From: Lytechinus pictus
Lineage: Eukaryota
Assembly: GCF_037042905.1 (NCBI RefSeq)
Contig: NC_087251.1
Location: 4,156,001 to 4,220,000, forward strand
DNA length: 64,000 bases
Direction: 5' to 3'
Shown: piece by piece, positions 1 to 14,206 of the stretch
How positions within the stretch are numbered: position 1 is the stretch's first letter
Layout of the letters: each line of letters starts with the position of its first letter
Position numbers and translations under genes: made by a program
The notes under the pieces: model-generated
Told to the model about the DNA's origin: nothing
Databases searched by the model: none
Seen by the model: the letters and a program-made list of their open reading frames with translations, nothing else

Positions 1-305
1 AATGGAATTCCACGTGTTCAGGGAGGAATGAAACTTCATTTCACATGACAATGACAAGAAAATCAAAATATTTCATATTTCATATAATAAAATACAAAAG
101 AAATAGTGAGTGAGTGATGTCATCGACTCTCTCATTTGGATGTAACTGGCTCGTTCATAAAACTATTTTGTTAAAAATAAGCGAATCTTTGAAATGTCAT
201 AACTTTCTTATTTTACATCCGATTTTGATGAAATTTTCAGTGTTATGCTTGTTGAATTTTTCTCTTTTTATTCAAATCAAGTTTTTGTTGGGGTGGACTT
301 GTCCT
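1..305. mobile_element. Right end of a TTAA-flanked non-autonomous DNA transposon (Kolobok-like family A)
   Basis: Ends GGGGTGGACTTGTCCT|TTAA. Similar to 17.7-18.0 kb and 49.6-49.9 kb. Confidence 0.8.
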
Positions 306-669
306 TTAAGGAGTCTTATTGTGCAGGTGCTAAAAGCACTTTCAAGTACATGCACAAAGAACACTAGCTGACTAGACCCTACCAATTCATTGTGAATGAG
401 GTCACAAAGGCTCATGTGCTGTCAATCTAAATTTTGACACCATGACCCTTGATATCATACACACTATAATGATTCCATAATAAAACTGTATAGTATAATA
501 TGCATTGAAATTATCTAGTAAAATGCAAGTACTGTCCTTGTTTTTAAATCTAGACTAATTTGATTTACTGGACTCTGAAAGATCTTTATTGTTGTTGGTA
601 CCTGTCACTTACATGTATAATGTTATTTGTTGACATATATTTTATATACCGTAGTGTAGATGATGTTAA

Positions 670-1269
670 AGGGATGGTTCAGGCTGGAGATATCTATATC
701 TCAATAAATAGAGTAAAATTCAGAGCAAAATGATGAAAATTTGATCAAAATCGGATAACAAATAGGAAGTTATTGAATTTTAAAGATTTGCATTATTCTG
801 GTGTAACATTCGAGGCATGTCTTCATGAATATTCATTAGGTGGGCTGATGATGTCAAATCCCCACTTGTTTTGTATTTCATTATATGAAATTTGGTTTAT
901 TCAAAAATTTTCTACTAAGAACAAAAACAATAGGATTGACAACTGATTATTAAAGTGCATTAGTTATTTGTTGCCGCAACTTATTTCATCATAATGGAGA
1001 CACATCATTTACACATGTATGAAAAAATGAAACATTTATGATTTCATGTAATAACATAAGAAAAAGGAAAGTGGGGATATGACATCATCAGCCCACCTAA
1101 TGAATATTCATGATGATGTGCAATTAACTGTTTTCACAAAATATTGATAAACTTTAAAATTCCATAACTTTGTTCTTTGTTATCCAATTTTGATGAAATT
1201 GTCAACATTTTGCTCTGTGAATTTTACTCTATTTATTTAGATATTATACATTCAGCCTGGACCATCCCT
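670..1269. mobile_element. TTAA-flanked MITE with long inverted arms (Kolobok-like family B)
   Basis: TTAA|AGGGATGGTTCAGGCTG ... CAGCCTGGACCATCCCT|TTAA. Purine-purine termini with a TTAA TSD. Confidence 0.85.
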
Positions 1270-4200
1270 TTAAGTTAAACCGTAGAGTGCTTTTCTAGAA
1301 CAAAATATAACATAGAACATGCCAATCCTGCAGTACTTACAAAATAAATATTTTAACATTAATGAAAAATAATAAAATAAATTACTCATAATTATACAAA
1401 CATACATTGTAAAAAATACAATGTACAAAATTGTACATGTATGGAGATATAACACCAATACAGCGTGGTTGAGGTTTTGCGGAAGAAGGACCTCCTAATT
1501 TGATAAAACTGTTTCCTTCGTGGTACTTTACGTGTACATGTATGTACTACTCTGGAAAAAATAATTATTCACTCATTTCACTGAGTTGCTTTATTGTCCT
1601 ACATGTAGTTGGTCCTTGCATGAACTGATCAATAGTTAGCCTGCCTTATTTTACATTGATTTCTATTTCATATTTTATTCACATATTTACCTGCAATTAA
1701 TGGCACTAGAAATTCAGTCAGATCCTTGAGAATATGAATTCCCCACATACAGATACATGAAATTGACAAACTTCCAATTTACTATGATGCCCCAAAACAC
1801 TTAGCCCATCCAAACCACTTTGCATTATATCGCTCAAATACAATGGTTTACAATGTGAAAGAAGAGAGATAGTCATAGACGATTTTGTTCACCACCAATA
1901 GAAACCATCCTGTATGAAATATAAATCAAAATGGAAAAGGTAAATGAATTGAGTATGATGTGTTTACAAACACCAACATAGAATAACATGTAAAGAAATG
2001 ACCCAGATCACTTTGCACAAGTCAGACATGTGGGCTGATGATAAAACCTTGTTAGTCATTGTATGGGTGGGATCCACTCCATTGTGAACTAACGGAGAGG
2101 AGATATATGAAATACCTTTAACTGTGAGTAATGCAAGGAATTCAGTGGGCGGGGTCCCCATTGACTGGACCCTATGCATTGTGGATAACTACACGCAGCA
2201 GGCAATACTCTGAGGAAGAAATGCAGCACAAGATTTGTTATTTTGCACTGGAGAACAATGGCAAACAAAACACAGGTATCAAAGGTCTTCTTGATTTTAT
2301 GACAATAGGAAACTATTTCTCCCAGCCAAGAAGGATCAGGACAACCATCTTGATGTATTTTTAAAACAAATTACACCAAATTGCATCAAGTAAATGATTT
2401 TTCTTTGGAAAGAAATTGGATATTACTTCTAAACTGAATTTTATACATTCATGCAAATGTTTCTGCAGGTTAACTGTAAATTCAAAATCAATTGAAAAGG
2501 TCAAAATATAGTGCAATATACATAAAACTCAATCACAGTATCGCAATTAAAGTGCAAATGGTGCTAAATGCAACAGTATATATGAATACTCATTTAGTGA
2601 ATTTGATGAAAATGTAAGTTTATGCATCCCATGTAGTCATTATTATATATTAAAGCTATGTTGTACATTTATTATTACTGAAAGGAATTATCTGATACTT
2701 GGTGACTACATGTATCAAAACTATAACAGCATAATGTTACACATGCACATGTGGCCAAACCATTAACATTTATTGTACCTTGACTGAACTTTGACTAAGG
2801 TCTACTCTAGATGGATCAGTACTGCATAATTGGCATGGACAAGTTGTGAAATTTACATTCACCAGTGTCACTTACAATGTCAGGCAATGATTTTCCTGCT
2901 ATCGCATCACAATTTATTACACAATTTTTTTTAAGTTATACAAACAAAAAAATTTATGTAGCAGTTTTTTACAAAGGACTGTACCGGTATTAAAGAGAAT
3001 TTGGTTGTGAACTTTTCTCTTATGACCAAAAATGATAATCATTTGTAAATAGAATAAATGCAGAAGAAATCATTTTCAAATGATCATACTGCATACTGCC
3101 TGAAATATGGATGAGAAAACTATGTTACTTTGTGCTGACAAGGGTCCACACTGACAGCTTAGGTGTAATTAACTATGCGATTTATAACACCTACCATGGT
3201 AATATAAGAAGCCTGTAAATAATGAAGGTTTTTACAAAAATCCATCAAAAAGAGTTACAAACTTAAAATAAAATTTAATTTTTGTGGTGTCACAAATTTT
3301 TTAATGGTTGATGACTCAAAATAATCTTTTCAAAGAAGTAATGTAACATGTGTAGGCCTACCTAATATGATTTTTCAATTATCAGAGAAAATAGCATTTA
3401 CAAAAAATGTTTGGTTTATTAAATTGAACTTGGAAAGGAAAAAAAAACAACATAACTTTGTGCTTAAAAATATTGTGCTGATGACCTAGGTCTTTCATGA
3501 CCTTCATACCTGTACATGTAGGCCTCATGGCCCTGGGAAGTGGGGATGGGAAGTACCAACCAAGATTTTTCTAGGGGTGCTGCATAATGTTATAAACCAT
3601 ACACAGCACCCTCTGGAAATTAGGTTGGTATGCTAAAATGTAGAGATTTGACCCTAACCTCGATTATTTGGAGTGAAAACCTCCCTCTTTGCTCGTTAAC
3701 CAGTACACCTCTTCTTCAATGGCCCCTGGTATGCCTACATGTCTTCTGAATCTGAAAATCTCTATGATCAATCTTGCATCATGTGTGATATATTTTGGTA
3801 ATTACCCAAATGTGCATTTAAATATTCTAGTTTAATGTGTTATTTTATATTATGATGGTGTAGATAATCTGAAATAAAACACATTTCAATGGTTCTATTT
3901 GGTTGGTGATTTCAAATGAAAATTGATTATGACCAAACACCTTATCAAAATCAAAATAACTTTTACAATTGTTCTCATTTTGGTATTTTTACAAGTGCCA
4001 TCAAATACACTGAAAATCAATTTTGTACACTAAGTAGCTTTCTGATATATCCAATCATTAAATTTGTTTTTCTTTAAATGGGGGAGAGTTAAATCAGATG
4101 AAAAAAAATATTATTGAGAGAGGGTGCTACATGTGAATATTTTGAACTGTAAAATTAAAATTTTCACAAATAATCCTTTAAGAAATGGTCATTTAAACTT

Positions 4201-5836
4201 TTGAAAGATTGGAATGTTACTAAAAGATAATTAAACCTTAGTTAACATTATATGGGCTTTGAAAGACAGATGGACAGGCAGACCAATGGACGAATGAACG
4301 AATGACTAATGCTACACAGTGATCCCTTTTTAATAGTCTTCCTCCACCTGCGGTTGTACTCAACAAAAATATTTCCGCTACCAGAGGCCTCAAGATGTAA
4401 AGCTTAGATGTGCAAGTTTTTTTTTCTTTTATACTATGTTCTTTTTATTATTAAGGCCGAAGCTGAAGCCTAAATAAATATGAAGTTAAGACAACAGTTT
4501 TTCTAACTTTCCCAGTGTTATATATGTATGAAAAAGATATATAAGCCATAATAAGCCTACATGCTCAGTTAAACTACAACACTACTTACAGGTATACAAA
4601 TTGAATATTATAGGCTCAGGCTAGATAAAATTAAGTTTTTCATGAAATTGCATGATTTCAACTTACCCCCATTTCATTCCTATGGTAGAAAGAAATAGCA
4701 AATAGAAGAGTGACAATACACGCACACACAAATAATAAAATACATTGTAGATAGTATAGTGTCAGGCCTTAAATTTTGATATTTTTAGGGACAGGTCCCT
4801 TTTCTACACAGGGCATATTTCTCCAGGAAAAACGTTTCTGGCAAAAATTTGGAAAATTAAAAAGGGGAGAAAAATATCCAAGTTACATGTAAATGAAGGG
4901 CATCCAATACGGCCTGTAGACTAGTAGGGGGTGGGGGTAATTTTGTTATGGTAAGAGCCCCCCCCCCCTCCCCCCAGAGTTTGGTATGGGTGTGGTTTCT
5001 AATTCTAGTCTAGACACATAATTCAAAGAGAAATTTATACTAATAAAAAATCAAACATTAAATTATTTAAATTTAGGTACACCATGTTATCAAATAGTGT
5101 AAAATGAAGCCCCGAGATCTACATTTAAAAAAATCATGCAAAGATGCAATATAAATACAAAAAAATATATATTAAAGGGGTAGCTCACAGTTCAAGTGAA
5201 TTGCATTATTCAGTCACTTTCAAAACCTTCCTATTTGTGATTCACTGCCAACATGTAATACCTACCCACCTTTTAACATACTCATATGCCACAGACATAA
5301 TAAGCAATGAAATAACTATTCAAGCATCCAAAAAATTACCTAATCTCTAAATGAAACCCTACAGGACTTGAACAAAACCAGCAGTACAAGCTTCATTCAC
5401 AAACAAACAGTGAATTAATCAGAGTAGATACTGTCTGAATATTAAATATCTGCACCCTCTAATGGGGGAAATATCTATCTCCTTTATTGCTACAGCCCAC
5501 AACCACTAGGGCAGAAAAAAATGATTCTTCACCAGAAATTTTGAATATACATTTGGAAACAAATTCATCAAAACATTTGGTAAGTTTCATTGTATTCTTC
5601 ATTAAGCATAAACAAGGTTTTACTATAAAATTATAGCTCTTCAGCCATAACATTGCAGTCATATTTTACGTATGACCCCTTGAGTGGATACAGCTTTCAA
5701 AATCATTGCTCTCCCGATCCTCCATAGCTCAGTCTCAGACTCCTCATTCATTGATTTGTTTCATCTTTTATGTTAGTTTTAAGTACCGGTAAGAACTAAC
5801 ATTAGGTTTCAGAACTAAGTTCTTTTAGTAAAATTA

Positions 5837-6290
5837 CTACCTTATGAGCAACGTCTTGACAGACTCAACCTTCACTCACTGTTTTATAGAAGACAATGAG
5901 ATTTGATTACTGAAGATAAACTGCTAAATGGAAAGTTGGGGATATCTAGTGACACATTCTTCACACCAGCAATCCATTCAGCAACTAGTGGTCACAATTT
6001 CAAGCTTTACACCGGATGACCATGGTTGGAACTTAGGAGTAAAGTTTTTAGTCAAAAAGTAATTTCTGATTGGAACAGACTGCCTACATGTACAGAAGTA
6101 GTGGAAGCTATATCAGGAGAAAGGTTTTAAGATCTGTTGAACAAGTTTTGGTGGGGGGGAAGATTTAGAACCTCCATTTCTCAAAGCGGGTAAAGTTTCA
6201 CAAGTTCAAACTATCTAAATAATCATGAATTACCAGAAAGACCGGAAAATCTACAGGAGAAGTCCTTCATTTTCGTACTTGATGTGATGT
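5837..6290 (+). mobile_element. Decayed CR1-type LINE 3' fragment (ORF2 C-terminus and probable 3' UTR)
   Basis: Translates with stops to LPYEQRLDRLNLHSLFYRRQ*DLI...TSGHNFKL...LELRSKVFSQKVISDWNRLP...VVEA, matching the typical CR1 ORF2 end. Confidence 0.8.
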
Positions 6291-7779
6291 AACACTGTCA
6301 GCACTAAAATTGTTAGTTCTGTAATCTTAATTTAAGTCACAGTAGTTGGGTGATATACATGTAGCTCATGTGATATAGATCCTGGGTGTATAGCGAGTGA
6401 TTGTTTTACTGACCGGCCTTGTATCAAACGAGCATATTTTTCAATACGCTTAAAATTTTGCATCATCTTTCCAAAGAAAGGTAGTTTGAATAGAAATTTG
6501 ATGAAAATGGCCAAAACATGAATTTGATGAAACACATTTTCAAAATCAAAGTCTTTATTTTCTCAATTCTAAACAAAATATGGTTTTAAAAAAATAGTTG
6601 ATCAGTGACTGACATAGACCAATAAATAGGTCTAATTTTTGTCATGGATATGGGCTATTCCACTGTTACACACGTTACATTTGGAGACACCTTGACTCAT
6701 ACTTGGAGCTGTAACTCCATTATTATTGATAGGAACTAAACATCTCTTTATCACAACAAAGTAGGCAGTCTGACTATCCTTTGTATAAAGACAAAACTTG
6801 GGAAATTTTATTATGCTCCTGGCAAATCTTTGAACTGTGTCGGTTACTCATGTTACATGATTTGGACATGCATAAAATGAAAAGTCGACATAAGTGAAAA
6901 GTGTCCTCATACAAGGCTTTTATGAAAGTTGATTATATCCATTTCAAAGAAGTATATTCGGGAGACAAACTTTGTATATAATTTAAAAAATAAAGAACAC
7001 ATGGTTTTTACTAGGGGTGCAGATAAAGTGGTTACTCACGTTACAATTTGTCCATGTATGGTCAACAACATAAATGTCACTAAAAATTCAATAATGTGTG
7101 TAAGATTCATGTTTCTGTTTCTGTAATAATATGAGTAGGATTTCAGACACCAGTTTATGTTTAAAGGTAACATTCTGAATAAGTTTCCTCCTCTCTTTTA
7201 CTTATTGGTCATTATATTTGTAATGTATCCCCTAAACTGTACGAGATCTGGCTTGGGCTGTGTAAATCAAAAAATGTAAAACAAATGCATTCCATTTCTT
7301 GCCTCAAGCCCTCAACATCAATTAAAGAACCAGCAATAAGTATAAGTAAGGCAAACACAATTAAAATGTACAGTTCAGATGGGCTATATATTGAATTTTT
7401 AAGCTCATGTCCACCAACCTATGGAATTGCCCATATGCTTCGCTGAGACTTCGTCTGGCTCCGCAGTATCCCCTCCGTCAATAGACCGAGGACGGCCATT
7501 GGGCCTGTAATGGTGGAGGATTGAACGACGCTTAACTACAGCGTCTATGGAAAAGGGTGCGCTAGCGCAAGCTCCTCGATTACTGCGTAAAATCTCCTTT
7601 TGGTGGAAATGGGCGAATATGGGCGCAATAATAAAAACTATAGGGTCAATGATGTGGAGCTCATCCGGCATCTCGCAACGAAATTTTAACACAATTTTCA
7701 TTTCAGCCCAGTTGACACTGTAGTGAATTACATTGGTGACATAAATTGAGGATACGTATTGATGAAGAAATGACATAGA

Positions 7780-9945
7780 AGCATTTTTTGTGATCTATGA
7801 ATAAATTAAGCATAAATAATTATCTAGTCAAAATTTCTAAACTCTGTGTAGAACCTTGGTGAAGCTCATGTAGCTCTCAGATGGAGCAAAAAATAATCAA
7901 AATCAATCAACAAATAAATAAGTATTTTTTGTGAGTTTTGAAAATATAGGAATAAATTAGTATATTTTATGAGTTTCAAAATTCTGAGTTGACATTTTGT
8001 ATCTTCACCTCGAGCTATCATATAAAGCAAACAAAATTGAAATTGATCAATAAATGTTTTTTGTGATTTATGAATAAACTTTGCATAAATTAGCATAAAT
8101 AATTTTCTAGACAAAATTTCAAAATTTTGTGTACAAGTTTGGTGAACCTCGTGCAGCTCTACCAGATGGAAGAAAAAAAAATCAAAATCGGTCAACAAAT
8201 AGAGAAGAGGCATTTTCTGTGATTTATGAAAACATTTTGCATAAATTAGCATATATAATTTTCTACTAAAAATTTCAAAATTCTGTGTAGAAGTTTGGTG
8301 AACCTCATGAAGTTCTACCAGATGGAAGAAAAAAATCAAAATCGGTCAACAATTAAAGAAGAAGCATTTTATGTGAATTTTTGAAAATATGCATAAATCA
8401 GCATATTTAATGACATTCAAAATGTTGTGTAGATGTTTTGAATCTCCCACCTAATGCTATCATATAAATCAAACAAAATTGAAATCAGACTTGAAATGAG
8501 TGACAAAGAAGAAGCATTTTGAAATTCAGTCAACAAATAAAGAGGCATTTTCTGTGATTTATGAATTTCGCATAAATTAGCATAAATAATTTTCTATCCA
8601 AATTTAAAAATTCTGTATAGAAGTTTGGTGAACCTCATAAAGCTCTACCAGATGGAAGAAAAAAAATCAAAATCGGTCAACAAATAAAGAAGAAGCATTT
8701 TATGTGAATTTTTAAAAATATGCATAAATTAGCATAACAAGTGGAATGCCTCTGGCCGTCTCACCTGCATCACGCGATTCAATATAGCAGCAGTGCTGAT
8801 TTTGAAAACTACTATAACTCGCACAAGATGTTCAGTGATACTTGGTTACTCTTATTTCCATGTTTTATGAACTAGACCAATACACTTATAGAGATATGAT
8901 GGCAATTCAACAAATACCCCCAACGTGGCCAAAGTTCTTTGACCTTACATGACCTTTGACCTTGATCATGTGACCTGAAACTCGCACAGGATGTTCAGTG
9001 ATACTTGATTACTATTATGTCCAAGTTTTATGAACTAGACCAACACACTTTCAAATTTATGGCTGTAATTCAACAAATACCCCAATTTGGCCAAAGTTCA
9101 TTGACCCTAAATGACCTTTGACCTTGATCATGTGACCTGAAACTTGCACAGGATGTACAGTAATACTTGATTACTATTATGTCCAACTTTCATGAATCAG
9201 ATCCATAAACTTTCAAAGTTATGATGGTAATTCAACAGATACCCCCAATTCGGCCAAAGTTCATTGACCCTAAATGACCTTTGACCTTGGTCATGTGATG
9301 TGAAACTCATGCAGGAAGTTCAGTGATACTTGATTAACCTTATGTATAAGTTTCATGAACTAGGTCCATATATTTTCTAAGTTATGATGACATTTCAAAA
9401 ACTTAACCTTAGGTTAAGATTTTGATGTTGATTCCCCCAACATGGTCTAAGTTCATTGACCCTAAATGACCTTTGACCTTGGTCATGTGACATGAAACTC
9501 AGGCAGGATGTTCAGTAATACTTGATTAACCTTATGGCCAAGTTTCATGAACTAGGTCCATATACTTTCTAAGTTATGCTGTCATTTCAAAAACTTAACC
9601 TCAGGTTAAGATTTGGTGTTGACGCCGCCGTCGCCGCCGCCGCCGCCGTCGGAAAAGCGGCGCCTATAGTCTCACTCTGCTATGCAGGTGAGACAAAAAT
9701 TGTTCTAGTCAAAATTTCAAAATTCTGTGTAGAAGTTTGGTGAACCTCATAAAGCTCTACCAGAAGCAAAAAATTCAAAATCGGTCAATAAATAAAGAAG
9801 AAGCATTTTTTGTGAATTTTGAAAAATGCGCATAAATTAGCATATTTAATGAGTTTCAAAATTCTGTGTATTAGTTTTAAATCCCCCACCTAGTGCTATC
9901 ATATAAAGCAAACAGAATTGAAATCGGACTTGAAATGTTGACATC
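7780..9945. repeat. Diverged tandem array of about 125-bp units, probably TE-internal, interrupted by the 8736..9697 element
   Basis: Recurrent GCATAAATTAGCATA...GAAGTTTGGTGAACCTC...AAAATCGGTCAACAAATAAAGAAGAAGCATTTT. Confidence 0.8.
8736..9697. mobile_element. Helentron/HINE-like non-autonomous element with internal tandem repeats of about 162-192 bp
   Basis: Starts AACAAG. Subterminal inverted repeat GTCTCACCTGCAT (8758) / ATGCAGGTGAGAC (9682), terminal hairpin 9669..9694, (GCC)n tract near 9625, and repeated GACCTTTGACCTTG units. Confidence 0.65.
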
Positions 9946-11799
9946 ATACTCATACATGTAGTTATAGAACTGATTTGGAGGGGTCAAAATATTTCGCCAC
10001 CACGACAAGAATCGGCCGTAAATTTAGTGTATCGTGGGTGGTCGGTTTCAAAAGAAGGGTGCAAGTGAGCAAATGTAAAATCGACACATTCGTTGTTCGC
10101 CAGTAGATACGTGAATAGAATCGGAGTCGTCAATCGAAACATGGGAATCTGATCCGCTCAATTTTCTGCACAAATGAGACGAAAAACTTGGTAAAACTGA
10201 TAAATATTTTCGCACATACGATGCTTAGAATATTAGGTGGTCGATAAGGGGTAGTTCCAACCCACTCATGGGATCAATGCATCTCGCGTGCGAAGGATTC
10301 ATATGCACATGGTGCACGCGAATTTTTCACACCCTTTTTACTAAAATAACTATGCCATTCCTTTTAAAATAATGTTTCTAATTGTGCTATGACACTTACC
10401 GAACCCTATGGATCGTTTCTTGACTTCTCTTTGGTGTGTTTTTAAGAAAAAAAAAGCATTTTCTCGTGATCTTCACGTAGATACCGCAGGGTCATCGTGG
10501 TTGTAAACTTTTGCTTAAAGAGGGCGCGCGATATTATTCACAAGATGTTTGTTTACGGTTCTGCAGCTTGTACTGCTAGCTGCATTTTAGACGCTCAGCA
10601 TTATTTTCCTCTTTCTGTTTTTTTTTTTTGCTGTCAAGCGGTATTTTCTATTGTAGCGCCATCAGCGATGATGAAATGTAAAGAGTCGCCTTGAAATGAA
10701 GAAAAATTATGTCACATTAATTCGTTAGTTTGTTTCCTATTTTTTTGCACTTTTTTCTTCTTCCTCATCTATATATGATCAAAGGTGAATACCTTTTTTT
10801 GATATCTGTTCTAAAAGCTGGACATTTTAAATATTTTGTTCAAGTAAATAAATCAACAGGATAGTAATCAAAATGGGATAGAGCTGCCCGAGCTGAAAAT
10901 TCTGATACAAGGACTTGAAAATAAAACATTCTGAGCACTTTTTATAACCATGATGAGGAGACCTATATATATATGTATATGAAATAAGCTAACACGAAAA
11001 AAAGACGTTTTGGGGACTGTTAAATAAGAATTCATAAGTGGTATAGGTAACTATCTATTCTTGTTCGTTTTCTATTATTATTTGTGTGTTGTGTTTATTT
11101 TTCTTGAAGCACCAAAAGGTGGACATGTCCGCTAAGATATATTAACGAAGTCACCATTATTATCACAAGCTAACGGATCAAAATGCGAGCGTGAAACGTG
11201 AGCTTCTTTTTTTCTTAATTCAGTCTTAACGATACTTTTTCATCATATTTTAAAGGTGAATCTCATGATTCAAAATGATAAATGCTTGTCGCACGGGCAG
11301 AAATAGCGGGACCAATAGTTATTTTCAATATTCCGAACTGCATTCTGGACGTTGTATAAGCGCCTTTGTATAACAATTAAAAGGGTAGGCCTATTTACCT
11401 TACAAATTATGCGAGCGCTGAACTTTTGGACATTTAAACCTCAACAAATGGACATTTTTAAAATATGAACAACATCATAAATGTCACTTACAAAAATGAT
11501 GCCAGCGCGAAGCTCGCGCTTAGAGTTTTTGATATTGATGACAGGACTGTATCTAAATGAAAAATAATGCGAGGGCATTTGCGCTTAAGATTTAAATTTG
11601 GGATTTGAAAAGTCCGACAGATTACCTATACTTTTAAAAGAGGAATGACCTCCAGAATTCAAGCGCGAGGCGCCAGTAGATTTATGTTGAAGTTTAGACC
11701 TAGAACAGGGACGTTGAACCGTTATAATCATGAAAAAGATGGTATTTTTATAAATAAAACATGGGAGTCTAATTTTGTTTTAGTGTTAATATTCAGATC

Positions 11800-12310
11800 T
11801 TCAAACTTGACATTTTCCTATCCCCTTCATCATCCCCTCTCCTTCTCCCTTTCCCCATTTTCGTTCTCCATTCTTTTCTTCTCTCCCTTTCCCTTCCCTT
11901 TTTCGTCTTTCCTTTCCCTTCTTTTCTTTCCTTTCTCCCTCCCCTACTCTTTTCTCGCTCTTTCCATTTTTCTTTCCCTCTCCCTTCCCCTCTTCCTTTC
12001 TTTTGTTTTCTTTCTATTTTATGGTCTCCTTTTCCCTCTTTCTCCTTTACCTTTCCCCCTCCCCTGATCTGTCTTTTCTTGTCTCTCCTTCCCTTTCCCG
12101 CCCCCTCCATTCCCTTTCTCGCTTTTACCTTTCTCTTCTTTTCTTTCCTTTCTCCCTCCCCTACTCTTTTCTCGCTCTTTCCATTTTTCTTTCCCTCTCC
12201 CTTCCCCTCTTCCTTTCCTTTGTTTTCTTTCTATTTTATGGTCTCCTTTTCCCTCTCTCTCCTCTACCTTTCCCCCTCCCCTTTTCCTTTCCCTTTCCCT
12301 CTCCTTTTTT
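11800..12310. repeat. Polypyrimidine low-complexity tract with an internal duplication of about 145 bp (period about 217 bp)
   Basis: CCCCTACTCTTTTCTCGCTCTTTCC... occurs at 11941 and 12158. Confidence 0.8.
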
Positions 12311-13282
12311 GTGCAAACATTAACACGAACATCTTGCTTCCTACACACACACACAAACGCCCGCAATCTAACACACGTAATGCGAAACAATCGGGACATT
12401 ATCATTTTGTTCATATATACATATGTATATTTTCTCAATGAACATTTTCATCTATTTAAAGCTTTGAAAATTATTAAACAATGATTCCATAGGCGAAATC
12501 TCAATGATCATTAGGAAGGTACTTTACCCATTTTCATTTTATGTCATTGTGATTATTCCATACTAAGGCAACATATTTTGGATATAAAAATACGTGAAGG
12601 ATATGTTCCTCTTCTGTTTTATACTTTAACAGAAAACATTTTGTTCAACCAAATTATGATTTGTATTTCCAAGTTCCATGTAATATTTTCATTGGAAAAT
12701 CTCTTAAAGGTCAAGTGCACCCCAGAAAAGATTGCAACCTGTTGATTTTTGGTACAATTTCCTATTATGCGCCGACGACTTGAATCGAGAATGTTCGATA
12801 GGAAAATTTCGCATTTCGATTGTTGTTTGCGTAATTTCCACCGCAGTATGAGGATGACTAAGGACGGATCGAACGAAGTATCCTGGTTGAGATTTGGAGG
12901 TAAGCGATAAAAACACTTTAATAAATAATTTATAGGGCCCAATTCCTTTTTCAAATAAACTTAAATCATACGATCAAGATTAACATAGTGGACAAATATT
13001 GAAAGGTTTGGCGTAGTTTAGTCCCTCACATTCGTGTGATGAATGAAAACGTCAAAATGCACTATGAAATCACATGTGTTGTGCTAACCCAGAGAGCTCC
13101 CGCCCGCGCAGCGGGCGGGAGCCCAGAAGCTTACCGTGTATTTTACCATTGTCACCGGACTAGGGTGATTTATGGTCTAAATATTTCTCCAAATGAATTG
13201 TGAAAACGGAAAGTATACAATTACCACGGTTATATGGATGAAGGTCTAACGAGTGGCAGATTCCTGACATCTGGGCACAGTC

Positions 13283-13414
13283 TGGAACCTCAAAAAAACG
13301 AAAAGTTCTCTCCTTCTACCCAGTCTCGATCGGCCATTTTGTTACGATTTTTAACAAAAATGGCCGATCGAGACGGGGTAGAAGGAGAGAACTTTTCGTT
13401 TTTTTTAGGTTCCA
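13283..13414. repeat. Near-perfect inverted repeat with arms of about 60 bp
   Basis: TGGAACCT...AAAAGTTCTCTCCTTCTACCC...GATCGGCCATTTT is mirrored by AAAATGGCCGATC...GGGTAGAAGGAGAGAACTTTT...AGGTTCCA. Confidence 0.85.
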
Positions 13415-13945
13415 AATTTGGGGATGGAAATCCCCAAATGGCAACACTATCAAAGAAACGTGATATTGCAAATTCAACTTGCGTACACGCGAAATCGCAC
13501 GCGCCGTCATGCAAACATCTCTTTTCGATTTCGTATGTTCAGTTCACTCACTAAGTCTAAGTTAAAGTTTAAACTCAGACTCTCAGTCATAAACTCAAAA
13601 CTTAACATACCGTACTGCCGTGCACTGTAACATGTATGAACGCTTGACGATATAAAATCTACCGCTACCAATGCTACTGAGAACCAAACAACAAATAAAT
13701 TCCTTACCAGATAACATGAAGTAAATTCTCATCAAAAGACTAACGTTACAGTCCCTTGCACTCAGATCCATGTCCAAGACGCCATGTCGTAAACAAATTT
13801 GTGTACACCCAACATCCGGGTCACGTTATGGCTTCTCGACTTCCTTGTCGATATCCGGATCATTACCCGGATCCGAGTCCGAATTACTACACCTGCCACC
13901 GTAATTGATTTCTCCCAAAATTATTATTCAATGTGCATGACACCA

Positions 13946-14206
13946 GGGCCCTGATCCAATCAATCGTAACTCTATGGAAATCCATCAGTGCCAATTTTAT
14001 GTACATGAAATTTGCTAAATGTCCTTTATAAACCCCGAGGCGAACACACAAAATTATCAAGAAACCGATGATTTTATGTCATATAGGACATCATATCTAA
14101 CGTTAGAAAATATTTTGAACAAACATGCATTTTGGACGTGGGCGTTGCTGGCTTTCCATAGTTCAGGTTGATCAGATCAATAGCAACTCTTTGTAAGACG
14201 GGGCCC
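13946..14206. mobile_element. Short MITE-like element with GGGCCC termini
   Basis: GGGCCC at both ends with partially inverted subterminal GATC/CTATGGAAA blocks. Confidence 0.45.

Noticed and set aside
1964..2364. Overlapping 71-aa and 77-aa ORFs
   Set aside because: No recognisable homology or convincing splice-site pair.
7405..8339. 123-aa and 157-aa minus-strand ORFs
   Set aside because: One is tandem-repeat translation. The other has no recognisable motif and lies at the edge of a repeat element.
11645..12441. Several 100-140 aa ORFs on both strands
   Set aside because: Products of a pyrimidine/purine low-complexity tract (F/S/L/P or K/E/G/R rich) with no domain signal.
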